A stretch of DNA of 64,000 bases. It comes from Candidatus Magasanikiibacteriota bacterium (GTDB taxonomy: Bacteria > Patescibacteriota > Patescibacteriia > Magasanikbacterales > GWA2-37-8). The position numbers and the translations under genes were made by a program. The notes under the pieces were generated by a model. That model did not search any database, was not told the origin of the DNA, and saw only the letters and a program-made list of their open reading frames with translations. The stretch covers positions 8,011 through 72,010 of the forward strand of contig JAPLWQ010000005.1 in assembly GCA_026396515.1 (NCBI GenBank), given 5' to 3'. Shown piece by piece: positions 39,621-50,719 of the stretch (its first letter is position 1; every line of letters starts with the position of its first letter).

Positions 39621-40124
39621 TTAACGGGTGATAAAATAAAATATTGCGGAAAGCACTGCCAGCGCAACAACCGGTATCACAACTTTTTCATATGGGAAGT
39701 GCGCCTTGCCGTGATTCTTTTCTTTTATATAATCGTAGATTTTTGAAGCTATGGCGAATACGATACTGCCGATAATCACTCCCAAAACAAATTTATCCAT
39801 ACCCCAAAGTTTATTATACGGATGGCCTGTAATTCCCATATAATATAATGGAACAAAGGTTAAGCCATACCAGAAAATTGCAACCAGTATTTTTCGTCCG
39901 TAAAATTTTATATTTTTCTTGTTTAGCCAGTTGATGGTCCAAAAAGTGACAGAAGCGACTAATGCACCCGCCCATAGTCCGGTGATGGTATCGTCAATGC
40001 CAAGCCAGCGAGAAAGCCCCAGCCCACCTGCTACAGCGACTGTGCAGACAGGACAGACGGCTTTGGCCGGCAATGCCCAGAGCAGGGCGCCGGCGGAGAT
40101 TAGTAGAGGGGCTATTCTTTTCAT
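39621..40124 (-). CDS. Membrane protein with CPVC motif
   Basis: 4-5 TM; AVCPVCTVAV. Confidence 0.6.
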   Translation of the reverse strand: MKRIAPLLISAGALLWALPAKAVCPVCTVAVAGGLGLSRWLGIDDTITGLWAGALVASVTFWTINWLNKKNIKFYGRKILVAIFWYGLTFVPLYYMGITGHPYNKLWGMDKFVLGVIIGSIVFAIASKIYDYIKEKNHGKAHFPYEKVVIPVVALAVLSAIFYFITR

Positions 40125-40513
40125 AATCGGCTTTGAAAATAATTAATAATATCCGTGTCTCCACTATAGCACGTTCCTTTGTCGTAAAGCATGGGAACGC
40201 CTACGTTAGCCAGATCAAGCCCGCAAAGGGCGGCACGGGTCATTAGTTCATTCTGATTTTTTATATTTGAAGTCACTTCTTTATGTTCAATTTTAATTTT
40301 TTCCTCAACCTTGTTTTCAAACAGATATGTTTCCACATTTTTACAGTGCGGGCATTCCTCACGATAGTAAAGCGACAGGGTGCTTGAAGTATCAACAAAA
40401 CCATCCCCCGTGTTTTGCCTGGTATCTCTGGTGATAAGCCAAACCAAAATCAGCGCTACCAGCGTTACGGCAAGGATTAGTAATACATTTTGAGAAGTAG
40501 TAGGTTTTTTCAT
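40121..40513 (-). CDS. Membrane-anchored glutaredoxin/thioredoxin-like protein
   Basis: TM, CPHC, GVPML. Confidence 0.72.
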   Translation of the reverse strand: MKKPTTSQNVLLILAVTLVALILVWLITRDTRQNTGDGFVDTSSTLSLYYREECPHCKNVETYLFENKVEEKIKIEHKEVTSNIKNQNELMTRAALCGLDLANVGVPMLYDKGTCYSGDTDIINYFQSRL

Positions 40514-40602
40514 GTTTTAAAGCTAAATACGGGAATATTTTAACATATATACCCCGTTTTGTATAGAGGATAAAAAACCTCAGCCCGAGGCTGAGGTCTT
40601 AA

Positions 40603-40782
40603 TTATGCGGCTAGTTTCTTGTTGAGAGTTCTACGGCATGTAGTGCAGGCCTTCACCTTAGATCCGGACATTTTCACTATTTGCAGGTTTGGTTTTTGAT
40701 GTCGCGGGATTTTGATGTTGGAATGTGATACATGGTTGGCCCTGGCCGCTGTTTTTCCGCAGAGATTGCAGGTTCGGCTCAT
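40603..40782 (-). CDS. rpmB: 50S ribosomal protein L28 (absent from ORF track)
   Basis: Manual translation MSRTCNLCGKTAARANHVSHSNIKIPRHQKPNLQ...ACTTCRRTLNKKLAA. Confidence 0.9.
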   Translation of the reverse strand: MSRTCNLCGKTAARANHVSHSNIKIPRHQKPNLQIVKMSGSKVKACTTCRRTLNKKLAA

Positions 40783-40852
40783 ATTGAATTGATAGCTAAA
40801 GTAAGTTATAATGTAAGCATTGTAGTCGTTTTTTGTTTAATTGTCAAGGGTT

Positions 40853-41458
40853 ATGAATCCACTTCAACTTGTCTTCTATTTTCTTATAATTGTACCATCG
40901 GCCATTATCCACGAATATGCCCATGGTTGGATGGCCGACCGGCTGGGAGACCCGACCGCCCGATATGCCGGCCGGCTTACTTTGAACCCCGTAGCGCATA
41001 TTGATATTTGGGGCACCATACTAATGCCGCTGATGTTGTTTGCGTTATCCAACGGCAGTTTTTTGTTCGCCTATGCCAAACCGGTGCCTTACAATCCGTA
41101 TAATTTAAAAAACCATAAATGGGGGCCAGCAATGGTGGCTATTGCCGGTCCGATGGCAAACCTGCTATTAGCCGTTGCTTTTGCGGCAGTGATTCGTATT
41201 TTTCCAACCGCGCCGGCAGTGGATTTTTTCTATATTATCGCCTACGCCAATGTTTTGCTTTTGGTATTCAATCTGGTGCCGATTCCTCCGCTCGACGGCT
41301 CTAAAATTTTGTACGCAATTCTGCCGGATTCGGCGCGCGGAGTACGCGATTTTTTAGAGCGTTACAGTTTTTTTCTTCTCATGATTTTCGTATTCTTTTT
41401 GTTTGAACTGATTGTGCCGGTGATTCAGTGGATAATGCAATTATTAATTGGTATTTAA
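40853..41458 (+). CDS. Site-2 protease family (M50) peptidase
   Basis: HEYAH, AGPMANL, FNLVPIPPLDG. Confidence 0.92.
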   Translation: MNPLQLVFYFLIIVPSAIIHEYAHGWMADRLGDPTARYAGRLTLNPVAHIDIWGTILMPLMLFALSNGSFLFAYAKPVPYNPYNLKNHKWGPAMVAIAGPMANLLLAVAFAAVIRIFPTAPAVDFFYIIAYANVLLLVFNLVPIPPLDGSKILYAILPDSARGVRDFLERYSFFLLMIFVFFLFELIVPVIQWIMQLLIGI

Positions 41459-41476
41459 TTATTTAACGGGGTAAAT

Positions 41477-41824
41477 ATGAAACTCATTCTTCGCTGGTTA
41501 ATCAGCGCCGCGGCGCTGATGCTCATCGCCATGTACGTGCCGGGTATCGGCATGGCAAGTTTTTACAGCGCACTTATTGCAGCTTTGATTTTCGGATTAA
41601 TTAACGCGCTCATCCGGCCATTGGCGTTATTGTTAACATTGCCGGTCAATATTTTGACGCTCGGACTGTTCACATTGATAATCAACGCGGCCATGTTTTG
41701 GCTCGCTTCTACCATTGTAAAGGGGTTTTATGTGGCGGGTTTTTGGCCGGCATTTTGGGGCGCACTGATTATGTGGCTGGTTGCCTGGCTTACCAATATG
41801 ATGTTGAAGAATAAGGCGTATTAA
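41477..41824 (+). CDS. YvlD-like 4-TM phage holin family protein
   Basis: INALIRP..LTLP..ILTLGLF..IINA. Confidence 0.8.
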   Translation: MKLILRWLISAAALMLIAMYVPGIGMASFYSALIAALIFGLINALIRPLALLLTLPVNILTLGLFTLIINAAMFWLASTIVKGFYVAGFWPAFWGALIMWLVAWLTNMMLKNKAY

Positions 41825-41830
41825 GATGAA

Positions 41831-42140
41831 TCCTGTAGAGAAATTTTGAATCGTTATGTTCTACAATTATGTGTTGCAGAGTAAAAAGAATGGTAGTTTG
41901 TATATCGGATTTACGAAGGACTTACGTAAACGACTTGTAGAACACAACGAAGGATTAAATTTTTCTACAAAACGCTATCGTCCGTGGCAACTTATATATT
42001 TTGAAGCATGTGTTGAACAATCAGACGCAGTGAGAAGAGAGGGGTATCTCAAAACAACCCAAGGCGGCAGATTGCTTAAGCGCAGGTTAAAAGATTATAT
42101 TTATAAACAGAAAAATTTAATTCAAAATTCTTCTACAGGA
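41831..42140 (+). mobile_element. 310-bp IS-like element with TIRs and TGAA duplication, encoding only a GIY-YIG nuclease
   Basis: TCCTGTAGAGAAATTTTGAAT...ATTCAAAATTCTTCTACAGGA, flanked by TGAA at 41827-41830 and 42141-42144. Confidence 0.8.
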
Positions 42141-42143
42141 TGA
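41856..42143 (+). CDS. GIY-YIG nuclease
   Basis: YNYVLQS..LYIGFTKDLRKRL.EHN, PWQLIYFE, AVRREGYLKT. Confidence 0.9.
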   Translation: MFYNYVLQSKKNGSLYIGFTKDLRKRLVEHNEGLNFSTKRYRPWQLIYFEACVEQSDAVRREGYLKTTQGGRLLKRRLKDYIYKQKNLIQNSSTG

Positions 42144-42281
42144 AGAACTATTCATCCAACAGAGCGCAAAAGGGAAAGACGGCTTACCGCACGCCGAGCT
42201 TGTTTAAGGCAAATAAAAGTATTAATTATGCGGATATAAAAAGCCGGGTTAAGAGCGACCGTTGGACTAAAAAGAATAATA

Positions 42282-42977
42282 ATGATTATGCCAAATAAAA
42301 TTATTGTACTTTCGCTTGGCGGATCTCTTATTATTCCTAAAACCGGATTTGATTTGAAGTTCCTCAAGGGTTTCAAACAGATGATTTCGGTTTTCATTAA
42401 AAAAGGAATGAGGTTTGTGATTGTCTGCGGCGGGGGAGCGACTTGTCGGCAGTATCAGGCAGCGGCCAAAGGCGTGGGCAAGATGACGGCAAAGGACTTG
42501 GATTTAATCGGCATTAAGACCACTCGATTCAACGCCTTTTTTATTAAAACAATTTTTGGCAAACTGGCGCATCCCGAACTGACCAAAGCGCCGGAACAGA
42601 AATACAATTGGAAAGAAAAAATATTGGTCGGTGCTGGTTGGGACCCGGGCTGGTCGAGTGATTATGATGCAGTGGCCTTGGCCAAAACCTACGGGGCGAA
42701 AACGGTGATAAATCTTTCCAATATTGAATACGTTTATGACAGTGACCCGCGGAAACATCCCAAAGCGAAAAAGCTGGTGAATATTTCCTGGAAAGATTTC
42801 AGAAAAATTGTGGGTAATAAATGGGTGCCGGGCGCCAATTTGCCGTTTGATCCGATTGCGAGCCGACTTGCCGATAAAAATAACATAAAAGTGATTGTGA
42901 TGAATGGGGCGAACTTGCCGGAAGTGAAGAAGGCGATTGAGGGGAAGAAATTCAGGGGGACAACAATAGGGGGTTGA
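42282..42977 (+). CDS. pyrH: UMP kinase (archaeal-like short form)
   Basis: LSLGGS, VCGGG..R.Y, PGWSSD, VYDSDPR, PFDPIA. Confidence 0.88.
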   Translation: MIMPNKIIVLSLGGSLIIPKTGFDLKFLKGFKQMISVFIKKGMRFVIVCGGGATCRQYQAAAKGVGKMTAKDLDLIGIKTTRFNAFFIKTIFGKLAHPELTKAPEQKYNWKEKILVGAGWDPGWSSDYDAVALAKTYGAKTVINLSNIEYVYDSDPRKHPKAKKLVNISWKDFRKIVGNKWVPGANLPFDPIASRLADKNNIKVIVMNGANLPEVKKAIEGKKFRGTTIGG

Positions 42978-43008
42978 CACCGGTTCCGGTATTTGATATT
43001 ATCTAGCA

Positions 43009-43122
43009 AGCCATAGACAGCAGGCGCCCTTACGGGCTTAATCTCCTGCCGAGGCAATCTTACCCGCAAAAATGCGGTTTTCAGGTCGAAGATTGTTAAA
43101 TGTCTGTGGTTTAAAGCCACAG
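43009..43122 (+). ncRNA. Ribosomal protein L10 leader
   Basis: AGACAGCAGG-hairpin-TTAAT-CCTGCCGAGG upstream of rplJ, downstream of a TTGACA promoter. Confidence 0.65.
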
Positions 43123-43161
43123 TTTTATTTTTTAAATAAATTGCGGCTGTAAACCATTATT

Positions 43162-43683
43162 ATGCCAAAATCAAGACAGCAAAAAGAAGCAACATTATCG
43201 TCTTTGGGTGACGGCTTGAAAGCCGCGAAAGCGTCTGTTTTCGCCAACTTTCAGGGTTTAACCGTGGCCGAAGCCGATGAATTGCGCAACCTTTGCCGCA
43301 AAGAAGGCATCAAAGTATTGGTTGCCAAAAAAACACTGGTCCGGAAGGCCTTTGACGAACTCGGTTTTCAAATCGATCCCAAGGCGTATCAGGGCGGTGT
43401 GGCAACTTTCTTTGGTACAACCGACGAAGTGGCACCGGCGAGAATTGTGAACGACTTTGCCAAAAAGCATGAAGTCGTGGCGATCTTCGGCGGAACTTTG
43501 GACGGTAAATATATTGACGCGATGTTTGTGAAAAATCTGGCCTCTCTGCCGAGCAAGCAACAACTGCTCGCTCAATTGGTCGGCACGCTCAACGCTCCGG
43601 TTTCCGGATTTGTCAATGTACTGGCCGGCAATTTGCGCGGGTTGGTATCAGTTCTAAATAACATTAAAGAAGCGAAAGCTTAA
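43162..43683 (+). CDS. rplJ: 50S ribosomal protein L10
   Basis: FQGLTV..LR, VAKKTL, LASLPSK. Confidence 0.95.
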   Translation: MPKSRQQKEATLSSLGDGLKAAKASVFANFQGLTVAEADELRNLCRKEGIKVLVAKKTLVRKAFDELGFQIDPKAYQGGVATFFGTTDEVAPARIVNDFAKKHEVVAIFGGTLDGKYIDAMFVKNLASLPSKQQLLAQLVGTLNAPVSGFVNVLAGNLRGLVSVLNNIKEAKA

Positions 43684-43694
43684 TCTATAATTTT

Positions 43695-44096
43695 ATGTCA
43701 GAAGAAAAAAAGGAAGTAATCGTGCCCGAGAAATTTAAAAAGCTCGTGGAAGAGGTAGAAAAAATGTCCGTCCTTGACCTTTCCGAATTGGTGAAGGTTT
43801 TGGAAGATAAATTCGGCGTTTCCGCCGCCGCTCCGGCCATGATGATGGCCGCCGCTCCGGCCGCTGCCGCTGCCGTTGAAGAAAAATCAGAATTCAATGT
43901 GGAACTGGCTGATTTCGGTGCCAACAAGATCAATGTGATCAAGGCGGTGAAAGAAATCACCGGTTTGGGTCTGGCCGAAGCAAAAGCTTTGGTTGATGCC
44001 GCTCCGAAGATGATAAAAGAAGGCGTGAAGAAAGACGAAGCCGAGACAATGAAAAAGAAAATTGAAGAAGCCGGTGGTAAGGTGAATTTGAAATAA
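43695..44096 (+). CDS. rplL: 50S ribosomal protein L7/L12
   Basis: [30 protein letters not shown]. Confidence 0.97.
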   Translation: MSEEKKEVIVPEKFKKLVEEVEKMSVLDLSELVKVLEDKFGVSAAAPAMMMAAAPAAAAAVEEKSEFNVELADFGANKINVIKAVKEITGLGLAEAKALVDAAPKMIKEGVKKDEAETMKKKIEEAGGKVNLK

Positions 44097-44101
44097 CAAG
44101 T

Positions 44102-44138
44102 TTACCTCACCCCAGCCCTCTCCTTGGTAAGGAGAGGG
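44102..44138 (+). repeat. REP-like palindrome, copy 2
   Basis: TTACCTCACCCCAGCCCTCTCCTTGGTAAGGAGAGGG. Confidence 0.7.
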
Positions 44139-44161
44139 AGAATAAAAAACTGGCCTCTCGG

Positions 44162-45550
44162 TCAGTTTTTTGTTATCTTTGTTCCTTTTGGCGTGTCCAT
44201 TACCGTATAGCCGAGCTTGATAAGTTCGTCGCGCAACTCATCGCTTTTTTTCCAATTTTTTGCCGCGCGGGCGGTATCGCGTTCATCAATGAGCGCTCGT
44301 GCTGATATTGGTATGGATTGAACCGGTTTGTCCATGTTCTCCTTGATTTTTAACCCCAATACTTTATCAAATTCAAACAGTATTTTTTGACTTATTTTCT
44401 TTTCCTTTACCGCCTCCCAAACAATCGCCAAAGCAGCCGGCGTATCCATATCATCACTTATCGCTTTGAGAAATTTTTCCTTAATTTTTTCCTCAATTTC
44501 AACGCTGTGCATCGATAACGAAGATTTTTTATCCAATGAGGCGGCGGCTAAGCACAAATGATCCAATCCATTTTGTGCCGCTTCCAGCGCCATCCAGCTG
44601 AAGGTGAGTTGTTTGCGATAGTGCGTCTGCAGAATAAAAAAGCGGTAGGCGAGGGGAGAAATATTTTTTTCTTTTAGCGTGTCCAAGGTTATAAAGTTGC
44701 CGGCTGATTTCGCCATCTTTTCTTCCCCCATGTTCAAAAATTCATTATGCACCCAGTAGCGCGCCGGTACCACCCCTTCAGCCGCTTCGGTTTGAGCGAT
44801 TTCATTGGTGTGATGCACCGGAATGTGATCAATGCCGCCGCAGTGGATATCAAAAGGCAGGCCAAGATATTTTGCGGACATGGCCGAGCATTCAATGTGC
44901 CAGCCCGGAAAGCCAACGCCCCATGGACTGTTCCATTCCATTTGTCGTTTTTTCAGTTTTGGCGAGAATTTCCAAAGCGCAAAATCGGCATTATGTCTTT
45001 TACCTCCGATTGCTACGCGGATGCCGGAGCGCAAATCCTGATTTTTCAGGCCGGCCAGTTCGCCATAATCCGGCAGTTTAGACGTGTCAAAATAAACCCC
45101 CTCGGCGTTGATGTAGGTGAAACCCTTTTTTTCCAGTTTTTTTATCAGTTTAATTTGTTCTTTAATGTGGCCGGTAGCGCGGCAGATGACGTCGGGCTTG
45201 TGGATGTTCAGCTCCGCCATGTTTTTCATAAAGGCCTTGGTGTAAAAATCGGCGATTTCCCATGCGCTTTTGTGTTCGCGGGCGGCGCCTTTTTCAATTT
45301 TATCTTCGCCTTCGTCCGCGTTGCTGGTTAAATGTCCGACATCGGTGATATTCATTACATGCTTCACTTTATAGCCGTTATATTCCAGGGTGCGGTGTAA
45401 AATATCCCAAATAATATATGAGCGCAAATTGCCGATATGCGCGTAATCATAAACTGTCGGCCCGCAAGCGTAGAGGCCGACTTTTTTATCTTTGAGCGGT
45501 TTGAACGATTCCAGCCGCCGGGTGAGGGTGTTAAATAGTTGGAGAGGCAT
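44162..45550 (-). CDS. cysS: Cysteine--tRNA ligase
   Basis: [25 protein letters not shown]. Confidence 0.97.
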   Translation of the reverse strand: MPLQLFNTLTRRLESFKPLKDKKVGLYACGPTVYDYAHIGNLRSYIIWDILHRTLEYNGYKVKHVMNITDVGHLTSNADEGEDKIEKGAAREHKSAWEIADFYTKAFMKNMAELNIHKPDVICRATGHIKEQIKLIKKLEKKGFTYINAEGVYFDTSKLPDYGELAGLKNQDLRSGIRVAIGGKRHNADFALWKFSPKLKKRQMEWNSPWGVGFPGWHIECSAMSAKYLGLPFDIHCGGIDHIPVHHTNEIAQTEAAEGVVPARYWVHNEFLNMGEEKMAKSAGNFITLDTLKEKNISPLAYRFFILQTHYRKQLTFSWMALEAAQNGLDHLCLAAASLDKKSSLSMHSVEIEEKIKEKFLKAISDDMDTPAALAIVWEAVKEKKISQKILFEFDKVLGLKIKENMDKPVQSIPISARALIDERDTARAAKNWKKSDELRDELIKLGYTVMDTPKGTKITKN

Positions 45551-45718
45551 AATGTTTATTGTATTTTATCGCATATTGACGCATCTTTCAATACAGATAT
45601 ACCCATGCATGGCATTTTTTGATATAATACGATAAAGATAACAAAACTGCGATCCGGGGTTAAAACCCTGAATATTTAAGGCAAATTTTTTCAATAATAA
45701 CTTATTACCCTTTATAAT

Positions 45719-46870
45719 ATGGGATTGTTTTCAAAACCAAAAGCATTTTTAGGCGTGGATTTGGGCGCCGGCGGCGTAAAAATAGTTGAATTGCGGCAAG
45801 AAAAAAACCGGCCGGTGCTTTTTACCTATGGGCTCACCTCCGTACCGCAGGACGTTCACAAATTGCTTGCCGAACAAAGAGTGGCGCCGGATCAAATTAG
45901 GCTTGAGCAAAAAGAAAATATTCGCCTGGAAAAAAAGGACACGCCGCCGGTTGATGCTTCTGACGAGCGGGTTAACCGCTACGCCGAAACTCTTAAAGCG
46001 GTGTGCAGAGCGGCAAAAACCATGTCGAAAACAGCGGTGGTCAGTTTGCCTGTGTCAGCCGTTTTTAATTCAATCGTCACCATGCCCAAGGTGGATCAGA
46101 AAGAATTTTTGGGTGTTTTAAAAGCCGAGGTTAAGAAACTTCTACCGTATTCAATCGATGAAATGGTACTGGATTATCAGATATTGGAAAATTTTTCGAC
46201 TGATAAGGTTAAAAAAATATTGGTCAACGCCGTGCCGAGAAAAATAGTTGATTTCTATTCACGGGTTTTCAAGCGCGCCGGACTGATTCTGGAATCGCTG
46301 GAACCGGAATCCGCTTCGCTTGAGAGGTCGCTTATCGGGCGCGACAAGGCGGTGACCATGCTTTTGGATATGGGCGCAGAACGCACAAACTTTTTTATAA
46401 TTGACCAGTCGATACCGATTACCAACCATACAATTGAGTCGGGCGGAAACAAAATTAATCGCCTGCTGGTGAATGCGCTTGGCGCGAGTGAAAACGAAAT
46501 TGCTGAAATAAAGCACGACTTGTTCAAGCGCTCTTTGAGCGGGTCGGTAAAGCTGGATAAAAAGGTATTTCTTGACTATATCATGCCGGTGATTGACCCG
46601 ATTGTGAAGCAAATTGAGTACAGTTTTGGCCTGTATCTTAACCAAACCGGAAATGAAAAAAAGCGGCCGGAAAAAATTGTTTTAACCGGCGGCGGTTCCA
46701 TGGTGCCGTATTTGGCCGAGCACTTGTCTGATACATTTAAGATCAAATGTTATCTTGGCGACCCGTGGGCGCGGGTGGTTTATCAGGATAAGCTCAAACC
46801 GCTTCTCAATGAAATTGGGCCAAGAATGTCAGTGGCTATCGGCCTGGCTCTGAAGAATTTATCACAATAA
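45719..46870 (+). CDS. pilM: Type IV pilus assembly protein PilM
   Basis: GVDLG..KIVEL, DMGAERT, LTGGG, AIGLALK. Confidence 0.85.
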   Translation: MGLFSKPKAFLGVDLGAGGVKIVELRQEKNRPVLFTYGLTSVPQDVHKLLAEQRVAPDQIRLEQKENIRLEKKDTPPVDASDERVNRYAETLKAVCRAAKTMSKTAVVSLPVSAVFNSIVTMPKVDQKEFLGVLKAEVKKLLPYSIDEMVLDYQILENFSTDKVKKILVNAVPRKIVDFYSRVFKRAGLILESLEPESASLERSLIGRDKAVTMLLDMGAERTNFFIIDQSIPITNHTIESGGNKINRLLVNALGASENEIAEIKHDLFKRSLSGSVKLDKKVFLDYIMPVIDPIVKQIEYSFGLYLNQTGNEKKRPEKIVLTGGGSMVPYLAEHLSDTFKIKCYLGDPWARVVYQDKLKPLLNEIGPRMSVAIGLALKNLSQ

Positions 46871-46879
46871 TTTCTGTTT

Positions 46880-47284
46880 ATGCTTAGGCAAAGAAAGCCG
46901 GACGGAAATCAGCCGAATATCCTTTTGGTGGAAAGTGATGCTTTTTTGGCTGATATCTATGAAAAGAATTTGTTGATGGAAGATTTCAAAGTGAGCAAAG
47001 CAACGAACGGGGAGAGGGCGATAAAAATGCTGGAGAGCAAGGGCGCGGATTTGGTATTGCTTGCAGTGGTTTTGCCGAAGATGAATGGTTTTGAAGTGCT
47101 TTCGGCGATAAGAAGTAATGTAAAAACAGCTACTATTCCTGTATTAATGCTTTCCAAACTGGGCACGGTTGATGATGTCAGAAAATCAAGAGAATTGGGC
47201 GCTACGGGGTATATTATCAAGACGCATTTCATGCCTTCAGAGATTGTGGAAAAGATAAAAAGGGTCTTGTATAATAAAAAATAG
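46880..47284 (+). CDS. Single-domain response regulator (atypical receiver)
   Basis: CheY-like fold; LVLLAVVLPKMNG has Ala where the phospho-Asp is expected. Confidence 0.8.
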   Translation: MLRQRKPDGNQPNILLVESDAFLADIYEKNLLMEDFKVSKATNGERAIKMLESKGADLVLLAVVLPKMNGFEVLSAIRSNVKTATIPVLMLSKLGTVDDVRKSRELGATGYIIKTHFMPSEIVEKIKRVLYNKK

Positions 47285-47336
47285 ATATGTGGTATAATAT
47301 GCGCAATGAAAAATACAACCGAAAGGGGGTGAATTT

Positions 47337-47768
47337 ATGAACAAAAAAGGTTTTACTTTGATCGAACTCTTGGTCGTAATCGCCATCATCGGTTTGTTGT
47401 CCACATTGGCGGTCGTCGCGTTGGGCTCTGCTCGGCAGAAAGCTCGCGACTCCAAGCGTCTATCAGATCTTAAACAGACCCAAACAGCTTTGGAACTGTT
47501 TTTCACCGACAATAACACTTACCCGGTCCAAACTGTGACGCTCGGTGATGTTGCAGCTGCTAAATGTCTCGGATCCAGCGGATTCGCAGCTACTTGTGCA
47601 AGTGGCACCATCTATATGGGCTTAGTACCGTCAGAACCGCAGCCAGGAACAGCGGGGTATTCGTATATTGGCGCTTCCACCTCTTACGCTATTAGTGCGA
47701 CATTGGAGGGCAAGATCAATGATTTAGGTCCGGGAGCAATCACCGCTTCGCAAAATGGTATTCAATAA
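47337..47768 (+). CDS. Type IV pilin
   Basis: KGFTLIELLVVIAIIGLL, ARDSKRLSDL; strong RBS GAAAGGGGGTGA. Confidence 0.92.
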   Translation: MNKKGFTLIELLVVIAIIGLLSTLAVVALGSARQKARDSKRLSDLKQTQTALELFFTDNNTYPVQTVTLGDVAAAKCLGSSGFAATCASGTIYMGLVPSEPQPGTAGYSYIGASTSYAISATLEGKINDLGPGAITASQNGIQ

Positions 47769-47874
47769 TCAGCTGATTATACATAAAGCAGACCTGAAAA
47801 ATTGGGTCTGTTTTTGTTTTATTACCCTTTCTTTATCGCATAATCGTGATATAATATATTGGCAAAAATGAGTT

Positions 47875-50704
<2,830 letters not shown>

Positions 50705-50719
50705 TATAATAAGGAGGAT

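Noticed and set aside
41461-41476. TAACGGGG as another element end
   Set aside because: No matching left end; more simply an RBS for the holin-family gene.
41477-41824. Holin as evidence of a prophage
   Set aside because: YvlD-like proteins are common chromosomal genes and no phage genes are adjacent.
42140-42298. 52-codon ORF starting at the right junction of the GIY-YIG element
   Set aside because: No recognisable motifs and it overlaps the pyrH start; cannot be supported as a gene.
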